The position numbers were made by a program, and so were the translations under genes. 64,000 nt of DNA, taken from the NCBI RefSeq assembly GCF_009914755.1, contig NC_060935.1, one strand, 5' to 3'. Shown here piece by piece: positions 44,633-57,637 of this stretch. Within the stretch, counting starts at the first letter, position 1; each line of letters begins with the position of its first letter. The stretch is from the human T2T-CHM13v2.0 reference genome, Homo sapiens. Under the pieces are notes generated by a model. The model was not told the DNA's origin. It worked only from the letters and a program-made list of their open reading frames with translations, and made no database searches.

Positions 44633-45072
44633 TGTCAGAAGACAAAATTACAACAAGTTAAGTTTAAAGATCTTAATTGGCTTTAATTTGCAATTCTAGA
44701 AGTGGGCAACACCCCATTCTCCAAAATAGAATGAATGTCCCGATGAGTGGAGCAGAGGAGGTTAGTTTTATAGACAGAAAAGGGCTGAGGAAACCAGAAA
44801 CAGAACAAAAAACAGATTGGTCATTTCAGTTACTTTTTGTGTAAAGGTTAAAGCAGAGGGGAGTGCCTTATCTTGCTGGCTTAAACTGGCCTGTTTGGGG
44901 ATTTGGCTATTTCCTTCTCTCTCCTGATTTCTTGGAAGGTCAGATAAATAGCTTAGTTTTGGCTTGGTGGCATGCAACTTCAGCATGAGGAATTCGATTT
45001 TCATTTGGTCTATTGGCTCCAGTGTGGGAGAAGTCCAAACCAATGACCTTGTAAGTTTTATTAAATTTCACA
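44633..45072 (-). mobile_element. MER31-like solo LTR (ERV1)
   Basis: TGTCAGAAGACAAAATTACAAC...AGTCCAAACCAATGACC...TTTCACA matches the reverse of recalled MER31. Confidence 0.7.
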
Positions 45073-45539
45073 AGATGAGGCGAGGAATATTCAGAGTTTA
45101 AACCAGCAGAATGATATATGTGAATACAATATTAGCGTGGAAGAGGCATGAGTGGTCATTGGATGTGTACGTGAAGGGAGCCTCATTGGGTGATTTTTCA
45201 AACACTGCTTGAATGCTGCAGTGACTGAAGACTCATCACTTCACAAAGAAGGCTATTCAATTGGTAAATAACTCAAGAATCAAAATCTCTCTTTCTATAA
45301 CCTTTCCTCACTCACCTCTAGGTTTCTGCTTTGAGAAATGTCTCTCTATTCTATTTTTCTGATTCTTTAGAATGGATACTCGTGGGTAATTTAAGCCCTC
45401 TCCCATTTGTTTGTAACTGGTTACTCATTTAGTTCCCAAGAGGGGTGATGTTGATTTATTATGAGATATTACCCATTGGTTATAATCAGTATGACTGGGG
45501 CTAGACACCTGATCCTAGAAGGGCTATAAGAGTCTCTTT

Positions 45540-45790
45540 GAAATTGGGATCTTGTTAAAAAATTTATTTTAGTAAATTTCATGAGAGTTTTAAAAATTCA
45601 ATGTTTGAATCTCAGGATTTTTACATACCACAAACATCTAGAATCTTAGCTGCTCTTGAAAGATGAGATGATCTGACAATACTGGGCAAGCATTTCCACA
45701 TCTTAACAATTGGCTGTAGCTGAGTATGTGCTGAGCCCCCAACCCATATCTGTTTTTCTGGTTATCATCTTCTCGTTCAGCATCTTGGGA
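45540..45790. mobile_element. MER102-like hAT-Charlie fragment
   Basis: CTCTTGAAAG...GATCTGACAATACTGGGC...CAATTGGCTGTAGCTGAGTA. Confidence 0.6.
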
Positions 45791-46816
45791 ATTCAAGTTT
45801 GTGTCACTCTCCTGCTATGAGTGCATTTCTGTACTTGCAACTATGAGGAGAGCCTTAAACAAACTTTATGTAATTCTCTGGTTTGTAAGCCCTGGCTGAA
45901 TATTAGAATCATTTGTAAGCCTTCAAAAATAGATTCTTGGAGTAGTCCTCATAATTATCAAATGAGAACCTCTGAATATCATTTTCATTGGTCATCTTTG
46001 GTGTCTGGAACATTTTCATCTTAGTAAACAAGAAAATACAAAACACAAACATCTTCTCCAAATACAAATGAACGTAGTTAAAAACCACTCATAGAATTGA
46101 AGATGGGAAACAGAGAAGATATATCCTTTAGTTCAGATGCACAAAATTCCCATTTCCTTGTGATGCACAAAATTCATGCAAGTAGGCCAGTTTTCTCCAA
46201 CCTAAGCATCTCTGGCTGCTACCTGGAAGTGTTTTAAGATGCTTTTAGGTAAGAGCTGCCAAAGGCTGGATGCTGCTACTTGGCCTTGATAGTCCTTGCT
46301 TGTTCTTAAGCAGAGCAGTTGGAAGGGAGAGGAATTAGCTGATGAGTGAGATGCTGCAGGTGGCCACAAATCCTAAGTTGCCTTCTCCTGGGATTCACCA
46401 GAGGAGAAGTGATAATGAGAGATTTTAGCACACATTCTAGGATTAGCTGGTAGCTGGTATTATAATGGTTTAACTCACTCTAGCTGAGCATTAGGCCCAG
46501 ACTACAAGCCACCTTTTTACTGAGCTGCCTCTTTCTGACTTAAGGGTTATACTTTCAAAGACAGTAATTAAATTCTTCTCACAAAGCCAGCTTTAAGCAC
46601 TCTTCTAATTCTACTAATTAAAAAGTGCCCAGCTGCCAGTGTCAGTAGTAAATCATTTCTGATCCTATGTGTCTCATGTACTATGGTCTGAGAAACTTCT
46701 GCTCATCCCCTGAAACCTTCTGTCTCTTTAAGTAGTGCTTATTTTCTTAGCATTTGCACTACTGTTTCACATCCTCCTTCCCCAGACTCATCGAGTTGCT
46801 TGGATTGCTGGCCCTA

Positions 46817-46865
46817 CAATTTGTTCAGTATTTCATTCAATTTGTTCAGTATTTCATTCAATTTG
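46817..46865. repeat. Perfect 21-bp tandem duplication (2.3 units)
   Basis: CAATTTGTTCAGTATTTCATT x2 plus CAATTTG. Confidence 0.97.
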
Positions 46866-49329
46866 AACTCCGTCCTCAGCTCTGCTGGAGATTTTAAAAA
46901 CAATCCAGATACAAACATTATCCTCATGATAATCTAGAATACATATTAAATGCTTTCTATGTGTCAGGCACTGTTCTCAGTTAATTCTTACGAAGAGTCT
47001 GTGATGTAGGTGTAATTATAGATGAAGTAGCCGAGGCACAGAGAGGTTGTAAGGTCTAAAACCTTTCTATGGTTTTCCATTGCCCTTAAGTTAATGGCCT
47101 ATATTCTTAACAGGGCGACTCAGACCTTCCCAATGACCTCTTCATTCTCTTCTAGTCTTTCATGTATCACTCATGCTCCCTATTAGGGACATGATTTTAT
47201 TTTTCTGTCTTTCCTTTGGGTCACGTAGTTTTCATCGGACCAAAACCGCTAGCTTTTTTCCCACATCCCTTCTAGCTTAGCTAAATCACACTCCCTATTT
47301 AAGTCTCAAATTAAAATTAAAATTACCTTCCTCAGAGAGAAAAATCTTGATTCCCATGTTAGTGTTGCTTTTCGGGTTCCCTGTATGAGTATTATTTGGG
47401 AGTATGTATTACAAGTTGAATTTCAGAGCTTTTCTCATGTTGAACTAGGAAGTAGGGGCCAGGTGTCTACATTTTGATTGAACATCTCTGGTGATTCTTA
47501 TGAGCTATAAAGTTGGAGAATCATGTCCATAGACTAAGTTAATTTCCTTTACACCTGTCGCCATAGTACCCTAGCCATCTCCTTTCAAATAACCACCACA
47601 TTCTGGATAAAAATATTTATTATTTATTTTCCCCATTAGATTAGACACTCCATGAGGTTAAGGGACATGTATCTGTTTCGTTCATTTCTTTATCTATAGC
47701 ATCTAGCCCATTGCCTGGCCTATAATTTTGTTTAATGAAGTAGATTTTTTTTCTTCTTTCAATAAATGTTATGATGCACCTACTTACCTTTTTTTTAGAC
47801 ACATAGTCCTTGGAATTCAAGGTTTAGTAATACACGATTTATTGGCTCAAATAACTTACAACAGCATAGGGAAAACAGGCAAGCAAATACAAGATTTTAG
47901 TATAGTATGATAAGAAAGTAGATCTATCTATCATTTGCAAATACAATCACAGTGGTAAGGGTTCTGTGTTTACAGAAAAGAGAAGACAAAATCCAACCCA
48001 TAAGGATGACATCTGAGAGGGCTTCCTGGAGAAGGTGACACACAAGTTTAGTCTTTAAAAAGTAGGCACCAGAGAAGGAGATGTAGAGAGGGTATTTTAA
48101 GCAGAGAAATGAGCACAGTATGTACTTGGATACCCGAGAATACTTAGGAATAGCTTCACACAGGGTGTAAGTTAGAGAATGTAAGAACCAGATAATCAAA
48201 CTCTAAGCACTATTAACTTTATTGTGAAAACCACTGGGAAAAGTTAAGCTTGATTATCTGCAGGAATGGCCAATATTCAGGTTGCAGATTGTCCATAATG
48301 AATTTTTAACTTTATTACTGCCTGTTGTTTGTGAAGGGGGAGACCCCTCCAACTTCAGTTTACTTATCTATGTAATGGGGTAAATCCTACTCATTCCAAC
48401 ATACTTGACTTGTTGCAAGCATCAAATAAGATAATACATATAAAAGTATTTTTTAATACTTGTCTGGCTTTTTTGAAGGGAAGTGAGGGATAGAAAGGAA
48501 GGTAATAATTGTTGAACTTTGATTAAATTAAGCATAGGGGAAAATTGACTGAAAACTTCAGAAAGGCCTGAAGCCACGTTGGTTCTATGACCGTGGTAGT
48601 ATGTGGGCCTTCTTTCTAAATTGTTTCCATTAAAACAGCTCAATTGCAAATACCTAGCAGTCTTTGTGACACTTTCTTCTAAATTCTAAATTCAGGGGGG
48701 CCAGAGTCTTATTAGTCCGACTTGAATCTGAATCCATCTTAGACCAATTTGCCATGGCCAGAATCGCAGGGTGAAAGTTCAGCATGGCTGCTAGGAGCTA
48801 ACATCTTTAAATAGAGGAGATAAATTTAAACCAGTCACAATCCCAAGGGTATCCACTATAGCAGAAAGCAGGAAGCAAAGATTATTACAGAGGCTTCAGA
48901 AAGGAAGCCAAGAGAGGAAGACCATTGCTTCCATCAATAATCATATCTGATGCTGAGAGATCCTTCAATGTTTTTGGCTTGCCAGTTGAGATTTTTAACA
49001 TGCAAGCTACAGAATTTAACGGTCAGCATATAGATGCATTTTTAATCAAATCTCTCTTTATAAACTTATATTGATATTGCTTGACAGGGATGAGATAAAA
49101 AGAGGAAGTACAGAAGTTGCCTGCTCAGCATAACGGATTATATCAAATATGCTAAGAAGAATAACTAGGAGAGGGGAGTTAATCAATCATCACAGTACAA
49201 AATCATGATGGTTTTTCGATATGGGTTTGGAATATCTTTTGAGATTGCAGTTTTCTGGAGGTCTTTAAAAATAACCTAGATACTTACATGAAAATATCCC
49301 ACTATTAAGAAGGGAAATGCACTCATGGG

Positions 49330-49580
49330 ATGGTATGATCGTGAACCTTGCAAGTTCTGGAATCAGCCAGGCCTAAGTTCAAGTTCTGTTTCTTTAATGT
49401 GTACAATGTATGACTTTTGTCCACTGTCTTACCACTGCAAAACTCATTGTTATCTGTGAAGTCAGATTGACAATACTGTGTAGTAGGCTTGTGAGGATTA
49501 AATGAAATGACATAATTGGAATCATTAGCACAACACCAGGCATGTAGAAAAGGCTTAATAAGTTGTAGCCATTATTGCTG
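49330..49580 (+). mobile_element. MIR
   Basis: GTGAGGATTAAATGAAATGAC...TTAGCACAACACCAGGCATGTAG core. Confidence 0.7.
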
Positions 49581-49914
49581 TTGTTGTTAATATTATTATT
49601 ATTACTATGATCATTATCTTTAAATTATTTCCTAATTCTGTGGTTTTAAAGGTACATAATGAATCCTTTAGAAGAAGTCAAAATTCACTGTAGTTGCTTT
49701 TAGGCAAAGGTGGGGTAAAAAAAAAAAAGAGAAATGAAAAAGGTGGTTTTCCTACTTCAAAAAATAGAGAACAAAATGATTTTAAAGTTTTTATTAACCT
49801 AATAAATCACCCAGTCCAGCTACTTCATTTAATAAATGAAGAAATTGAGGCACAGATTATTAAGTGGCTTATCCAAGTGCTCATAGATATTTATAGCAGA
49901 GCTCAGATAAGAAT

Positions 49915-50459
49915 TGTGGGGGCCCGAGATGTACTGCCTTCATCCCACTTCAATGAAGGGTGTATTTTCCCAGCTGCCGAGAGTACAATCTGTTGAGAGC
50001 CCCCAGTTTTCAGCTCCTTTAGGGTTCACCTCAGCTTTAGAGATTCCCCTTATCCAAAAGCATGTCTTTCCCAGGATGATCATATCAATGAGTGGAAGGA
50101 GATAAACTGCAGCGGGATAGAGGCCAGCTGTTATCTGGCCCCTGTGAGTTGACACTGATGAACCATATACCTCCAGAATTCCCTGAGGAGCCAGAAAGGC
50201 TTAGTTGGCTCTGTACTTCATTTTCTCCCTCTGTCCAATCCTATCTCCTCTCTTTCTTCTTCCATTCTCACAGGCATTGATCCCTAGTAAATATTCTGCA
50301 CAACAAACTTTCTAAGCATCCGATTCTACATCATGGCTTACTGTAGCCTCAAACTCCTGGCTCAAGGGATCCTCCCCCCACAGCCTTCCAAGGAGCTTAT
50401 AGGTGTAAGCCACTGTGCCTGGCTGCAACATCTGATTCTAGAGACTCCAATCTTTGGCA
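49915..50459 (+). mobile_element. LTR16-like ERVL solo LTR with an Alu monomer fragment near its 3' end
   Basis: TGTGG start, CTCTGTCCAATCCT...TCACAGGCATTGATCCCTAGTAAA, TSD AGAAT/AGGAT. Confidence 0.7.
50329..50425 (-). mobile_element. Tail-less Alu monomer (FAM/FRAM-like)
   Basis: Reverse reads CAGCCAGGCACAGTGGCTTACACCTAT...CTTGAGCCAGGAGTTTGAGGCTACAGTAAGCCATGATG; direct repeats CATCCGATTCTA/CATCTGATTCTA flank it. Confidence 0.8.
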
Positions 50460-51559
50460 AGGATCTAAGTTCTAATATTGTTACTGTTTTTAAAACAAAA
50501 TAAAGCAAATTTAAAACCAGTAATTTTGCAACTTCAAAATGTCATTCCAAATCTGTATGAGGAACAGACAGCAATCAAGGAGTTTAAGTATATAATTGTG
50601 TGAGTTACAGTTGCTGAAGAATAGAGAAGGAAACCGGGTAGAAACAAGGTTTGAGGTCATCTATATTGGCTAGCAAGCAGCCTATGCACTTCTTTTGCTC
50701 ATCGTCCAGATTGATTTGTTGTTACTTGCCATAAGTTAGAATTTTTCTCACTCACAGAATCCATAAGTTACTTGACATTTCTTTTTGCACGCCTCTTGAA
50801 CTGCTCCTTGTCACTTTCCCATGTTCTCCACCTCCCTCAGCTTCAGAGTAGTTTTAGAATTTCTGAATCAAAAGTGCCTAGGGCTAGCACTCTGGCAGAA
50901 AGGAAGGGGAAAATTTTCATCGGTTTTATAATTTGTGGAGGAAAAGAGTTACAGATTATGGTGAAAACGAAAGCCCCCTATCCCTTAAATCTTGGTGTCT
51001 ATCTTCTTTTTATTTCTTATTTCTACTGTTCTCACATTTGTTAGGGATAAAACCAACAAAGCAGTCACGTGTGATTATCTCTGACAGTGCATATGAGAAA
51101 CATGGGTTAGAAGTCACTGAAGGGAATCTGATGCAAATCAGTGACTTCACGTTGTCAATCAGATACACCTTCTAGCTTCCTACTGTATCATTTTATCACT
51201 CAGCTTTTATGCTAATAGTCAGAAGATTACTTTTGGGCTTTGCATCTGTGTTGGAGAGAAACATGGAGGTTGGGGGTTAGGCAAAAGTCATGTGGTAGCT
51301 GAGTCTGCTCCGACTGACCAGAATAATAATACTCTAAGCCAGAAGCTCTACTAATAGGCTTCTTTGACCTTCTTATTGGCTAGACTTGGGCTATGGCCAT
51401 CCCTAATTGCAAGGAGTTTGGGGTATGAGTATTTTTAAGTGAACACACCACCACTCTGAACAAAATGGAATACTTTAGTAATCAAGAAGGAGAAAATAAA
51501 TGTTGAGCAGGCAAATAACAATGTCTGACATGAAATATATATATATAAATTATATAATT

Positions 51560-53310
51560 TGTATGTTTTAAATTTTATACAGATTATATTACTCTGACTG
51601 TTATCTTTTGAAACAGGCTTTTTCATGCAACCTAATGTTTTTGAAATTTGTCTCTGTTTATTCATGGAAATGTGGCTCATTGTCATTGTTGATATTATTC
51701 ATAAATAAATGAATCTAACTGTATACGGTCCTTTCTTCACTTTGTTCACAGTTACAAACAGCTCTATAATTATTGTTTCTGAATGTGTCTCCTACTGAAA
51801 ATGTGTAAATGTTTATTTAGGGTAAATTTCTAGACATGGAGTTGTGGATCACAGATTATATTCTTCAAGTTGAGTGGATATTTCCAAATTACTTTCCACA
51901 TTATAGTCCCATCAGAAATGAATGAGTTCTTGCTTTCCAGCATTTTTGCCAACAGGCATTAATTTTTGTTACTGTATTGGATGTGGAGTAGTATCATTAT
52001 GGTTTTATTATTTATTATTTTGAATTTTACTGTTTATTAGTCAGGTGAAACACCTTTTTATACTTTGGTGATTTTAACTTTCCTGTTTAGTTACTAAAAA
52101 GGAAAATATATTTTATCTATCTTTCTATTATTTTTATTTTATATAGACATTAATATTTTTATTCATCCTTCTATTTTTATTTTAAGTGGATTTTAAGAAT
52201 TTTTAATGTATTCTAGAGACTATTTGCTTATGATTATTAGCACTGCAGATATCTTCCCTCCTTCTGCTTGAGTTTTAACGTTTTGATAATGTTTTATACA
52301 GATATTTTTTAATTCAAAAGTAGTCAAATTTATCAAGTATTTTTCTTATGAATTTTTGTATTTTTTAAAGAGATTTTCTTCTACTGTAGGTCTAAATTTT
52401 CTTCTAAAAGTGTAAATTGCCTTGAAGTTGCTTTTAAAATTTAAGTTTTTAATTGATGTGGAATTCATTTGTGTATGTGGCATGAGGTAGGGAGTATATA
52501 CGTTATGAATAATCACTTGTTCCAGCATCATCTATCATATATATTTCCTCTTCTGTTCCATTGTTCTTTTTGTATATTCCTGGCCCAACAGCATGCTAAC
52601 ATAATTACTATAGCTCTGTAATATCTTCTGATGGCTAAGAAGACAAGCTACCTGCATCAATCATTGGAACTGTTTTCATATTGATTTTTAGGAGTGTTTT
52701 GATTGCAATCATTTATTTTTTTTGTAGTAATTTTAGAATCCCTTCATCATCTCCAGGAGAAATTGTGCAGGCATTTTGATTTTAATTGCTTTGAATTTGT
52801 CAAGAATTAATACATCTTCTTGAAATTGCTTTTTCCAGTCTAAAATATGTAGCATATCTCTCTAGTTATTTAGGTGTTATTTTATGCTTTTTAATAAAGC
52901 AAATATATATATATATATATTTGCAAAGGGCTTACATATCTTTTGTTAGATGCTAGATATTTTATAGTTTTCATTACTACTTTGAGTGGCATTTTAAAGT
53001 TATACATTTCTAATTGTTGATTTATAGAAATGCTGTTGATTTTGTACACTAAATCTATATTCAGCAATCCTACTGACTTATCTCACTAGTTTAATAACTT
53101 GTGTATTTGAATTTTCTATGTAGAAAATGTGACCCAAGATAAGTTATAGTTTTGTTTCTTCCTTTCCAAATATTTATTTTCCTTATTTTTTTGGGTCATG
53201 CTGTATTTGCCAATACCTCAAGTACAATGCTAACTAGAAGCACTGATAATGGACATTGCTTTATTGCTCCTGATACAAATGCGAAGACTTCTAAAGATGT
53301 CATTAGTTTC
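51560..53310 (-). mobile_element. Highly diverged L1ME-type fragments
   Basis: TTGTTCCAGCATCA, TATAGAAATGCTGTTGATTTTGTAC, CCTCAAGTACAATGC antisense ORF2 motifs. Confidence 0.65.
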
Positions 53311-54533
53311 TTTCAAGGGTGTTTTGCTGTGCTTGTGGACTACAGGTTTTACTATCCTTTCTTTTGAACCCAACCACCCAGGGTGAAGTTAGAGGCATAT
53401 TAAATACCAAGCCTCCTAGATTGCTTTGAACCCCTTCTCTGTACATCAGGACAGGGCATCTTTTTCTCAGGCCTGAATTTACAACTTCAGGATTTCTTTC
53501 TAACAGCAGTCTGGAGAAGACTATATAAATCAGATGGATAGATACACACATGATATATTACTAAATACCAGCTCCACAAGAGTCAGTGGAAGAGCAGCAC
53601 TGGGCAATCTTTTAGCAACCACAACATATACATAGTTACTCTTCATGGTGTCATTCATTGCTTTCAGCGCAATGATGCTGCAATTGGGACCAATCATATC
53701 TTCCCTGGAGGCTTGGGGTGAAGTTAGCTCCACAAAGATTGAAAAGGAGAGAGATGTGGTTTCCTCAAAGAAAACTCAGAGAGGTATTCCTGAACAAAGG
53801 TAAATAGGTAGATACAAGGACTTCCACTTCAGATGCGGCATTTTCCATCACCTTTGCCTCCTTCCTGACATGCACTGTGTTAAGATTACCATGTTGCTTC
53901 TATCAGGAAACTACACTCTGGATTTTCATCGCTGGCAATATAAAATGACATTTTAGATCTCTATTGTCTTATATATTCTAGAATTGTAATACTACAAACA
54001 TAAAACCCTTTTTAACTGATTTTTTCTTGACTTTATGCACATTTTTCAAGATAGAAGACAGCAAATATTTGATTTTTATTTCGTACTCCTTCCTCATTTT
54101 TTAAAACCTAATAACAATGGAATAATACTTTCAGGATCTACTTTGTACCTAATCTAAATTCATGCCTAATAAAAGCAGAAGGATTAAATTCAAAGTCAGC
54201 TTTAGATTATTTGAAATAAAACACTTTCTGATAAAGTTTCTAATTTCTTTGTTAATGCTACCGATTGTATTGTATCTTTATCAATTCCAGGGAATTATAT
54301 CATAGACTTTGGTTTATGGAAAGTCAAATATCCAGAACTTTTAATTACTAAATTCTACTAATAACAAAATAAAAATAAGAAAATAAACCGATATAAGAAA
54401 TTTGGTTTACAAAATATTCCTAGGGGAAAGCCTTATATAAAACAGAAAAAGATGAATATTCTATGTTTTCTATGTCCAACATTACATTTCTAGATCACAA
54501 AATTAAAGTTGATATGAGTTATCCCTACCCAAG

Positions 54534-55291
54534 GGTTACAGTTGGTAGCTAGTCAGCCATGAGCAGAGCAGGAGAGGGCTCCCCCTGCCCTCAACAAGGA
54601 ATGTCAGGCAACCATCAGGTGTTAGTCAGGTGGTTCTTAAGTGTTCCTCTAAAATAATAATTGGTCGCAGCCAGCTCCAGGGAAGGGGGATCTTCCACTA
54701 GATAAAAATAAACTTGAAAGTGGTGATGAGCAGCTTCCCAATGAGATTTCAGGAGTTGGGCGAGTGGTCTCAAGCATGCACACTAAGAGGCAAAATGGCA
54801 GCAGATCTTCCTCTAGGAACACTCCTAGAGGAAGGGAAAAATGGAAAAATTCCTCAAGTGGGCATGCATATAACTCCAGTAAACACTCTGTGCATGCTCC
54901 CCTCCCAATTGCTAGCAGGCCACTGTGCATGCAGACTGCCCACCCCAAGGGAAAGATCAGGGGAAAAGGAACACAAGACCGCAGAAGTATGCCAACATAT
55001 AAAAACCCCAAGTCAAAAGATCAAACTATGCATTTGATCTCTCAAGTGGCCTGCTTGGCTTTCCCCTCTTCCAAGTGTACTTTGCTTCTTTCATTCTGGC
55101 TCTAAAGCTTTTTAATAAACTTTCACTCCTGCTCTGAAACTTACCTTCTTCTCTCCTTCTGCCTATGCCCCTCAGTAGAATTCTTTCTTTTGATGAGGCA
55201 ATAATTGAAGTTACTGCAGACCCATATGGATTCATTGCTGGTAATATACTTTGGTGCTATGTGACTGAGATACATCATTCTGCTGCTAACA
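54534..55291 (+). mobile_element. MER50-family solo LTR (ERV1)
   Basis: GTTACAGTTGGTAGCTAGTCAGCCATGAGCAGAGCAGGAGAGGGC start, TATAAAA and AATAAA present, GCTAACA end, TSD CAAG/CAAA. Confidence 0.85.
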
Positions 55292-57212
55292 CAAAAACAT
55301 CCAAGGATAATTAGGCGTATTACTGTTACCATTATGAAATCAGCAGCAGCAGCAGCATTGTTTTATCCTTTTAATAAGGCTGTGAAGTAAGCTATTTTTA
55401 ATTTTTTTGCAGTGTTTCTTGTAAAAAATATGAAACATGTTAGTCAAGCATTTTTATTTTAGCCATGGAATTTAATTTGCTAATACCCATGCCCTCCTAC
55501 ATACCAGTTTTACTGTATTCTGAGGATCATGCTTGTAATACAGTGAGTGAAAACAAACCAAGAGTGCAGTTTCCAGTGTGCTTTTCTCACTGACATTTAA
55601 ATGTGTGGCTCAGGTGGCCCAGTGATTACTTTCCTCTCACAGAGATTTTTATAGCCTTATAAATTCAGAACCATTATTTTGGAGGAAAATGAAGTATTAG
55701 TATTTTTAAAAGCTAATTTTCTATCTTTTTCAATGGTAATGTGTCCAACTTCTTTACCATACCATCTGAAACCTCTGTCAGAAGGCTTGTTTTAATTGCT
55801 TTCTCATTTAAATCTTAATCCTTGGGATTTGATCTGTGCCTTTGAGCACAGCAAGGTCTTTTATTTTATTAGAAAAAAAAAGTTGGGATTAAAGCAGTGC
55901 TTTGGGTAAGTTTGTATAAAATCTCCACCAGTGAATTTAAATATTTGAAGACCTTTTGTTCATCTGATTGAACACTTCTCAAAGATAGAATATTTTAAAT
56001 CTTCCTTTAAGTCACATTTATTAATCAAAGTCTATCAAATGGAATATTATGGCCCCAAAGCCATAGCTATCTTCATTAGGCAAATCTAAAGTTTTGATTT
56101 AACCAAAGGGAATATCTAATAAGCAACTTTCTATATTTAAAAAGTTTTCTTTCCTCCAATGAATAATTGATGCTATTTTTTTCTATCTAAATTCTGACAT
56201 TTCTCATTACCATATTAAATCAAATTATGCTACAAGTTCCAAAGTGTTCAGGTAGTATACACACTATCATGGTATAAAGCTAGATTTTTGTTTTCTGCTA
56301 TTCAACCTAAATTGTATGAAGCAATCAGGGCTTGCTCACTTAGATTCTCTCTAGTCTGTTTTTTTAGGTCCCCATTTCCAACCATCCATAGAAACTTCAA
56401 ATAGGGGAGTTCTTTACAGAGATGCAAACCAAGAAGTGAAATGGATGTTTCATACATTGGCTGAATAGCAGACAAAGATAAAATGAGACCTCAAACTTCG
56501 AATTCCTTGTCAAAGACTCCGTACATGCCAGCATGGAAAGGAAAGGCAAATTTGGGTTGTAGGGTTGCTGACTCATGCATGTCAAATCAGGGAACCATCT
56601 GGACTGCACAATTCTCTTCAGTAGAAACACCATTGTTAAGTTTTTTAAAATTTCCACATGCTTATGATAAAGTTCATCTGGAAGACATTTTATGGCCAAA
56701 TAATTTTTCCTTCTGAGATCTTCAAATTTCTTAACAAATTGCAATGAGAAGGCTGTGATGAGAAAAGGAAGCACCTTTTTTCATCATGGATTCCTAAAGA
56801 GGCTTGAAATGGCACCTTTTACATGTATTATCTGAGTTGATCCTCATATAATTATATAACAAAGATCATAGTATTATCCCAGTTTTACCACTGAAGTCAA
56901 GAAAGTAGAGAAAGAGTAATTTGCACAAAATTACATAATTTAATGTCAGACTCTTGGATAAATGATGCAAAGAATCTGTATGTAGATAGGTGACACATTG
57001 TCCACATAATCCCTTGAATATAACCAAGTCTGTCCAGCTGAAGAATCAGGGTGGCTTCAAAGACATTCATATTAGATAGAACAGTCTAAGTGAGTTATAA
57101 AAGTGAAAGTGGGAAAACACTAGGTATAATTTGAAAAGTAGTCCTATCCTAGTATAACCCAGAGAAAATCCATAAATCATCTATAATTATTCTAAACCAG
57201 ATATTATGGTGT

Positions 57213-57637
57213 CGCTATAGTTTTTATGTTTGTCCCATCACAACCTCATGGTAAAATGTGATCTCCAGTGTTGGAGGTGGGCCTAATGGGAGCTGTTTTG
57301 GTCATGAGGTAGGATCACTCATGAATAGATAAATGGCCGCCCTTGGCGGTAAGTTCTTGCTCTGTTAGTTCCCAAGAGAGCTGGTTGTTAAAAAGAGCCT
57401 GGCACCTTCCCCACTCTCTCTCATTTCCTCTCTCACCATGTGATTTCTGCCTGGCAATTTCCTTTTGCCTTTTAGTGAGTAGCCTGGGCCCCATCCCAGA
57501 AACCAAGCAGTTGCTGGTGCCATGTTTCTTGTACAATCTGCTGAAGTGTGTGCTATTATATAATGTACACCTTTTTTTCCTTATAAATTACACAGCCTCA
57601 GATATTCCTTTATAGCAACAAAAAATGAGCTAAGACA
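57213..57637 (+). mobile_element. MSTB-like solo LTR
   Basis: GCTATAGTTT...TCCAGTGTTGGAGGTGGGCCTAATGGGAG...CTAAGACA, perfect TSD GGTGT/GGTGT. Confidence 0.9.

Noticed and set aside
54649-55332. Cluster of 60-120 aa overlapping ORFs
   Set aside because: Lie within the relatively GC-rich MER50 LTR, where stops are rarer; no recognisable domain
55341-55357. (CAG)5 run
   Set aside because: Too short and not in a supported exon
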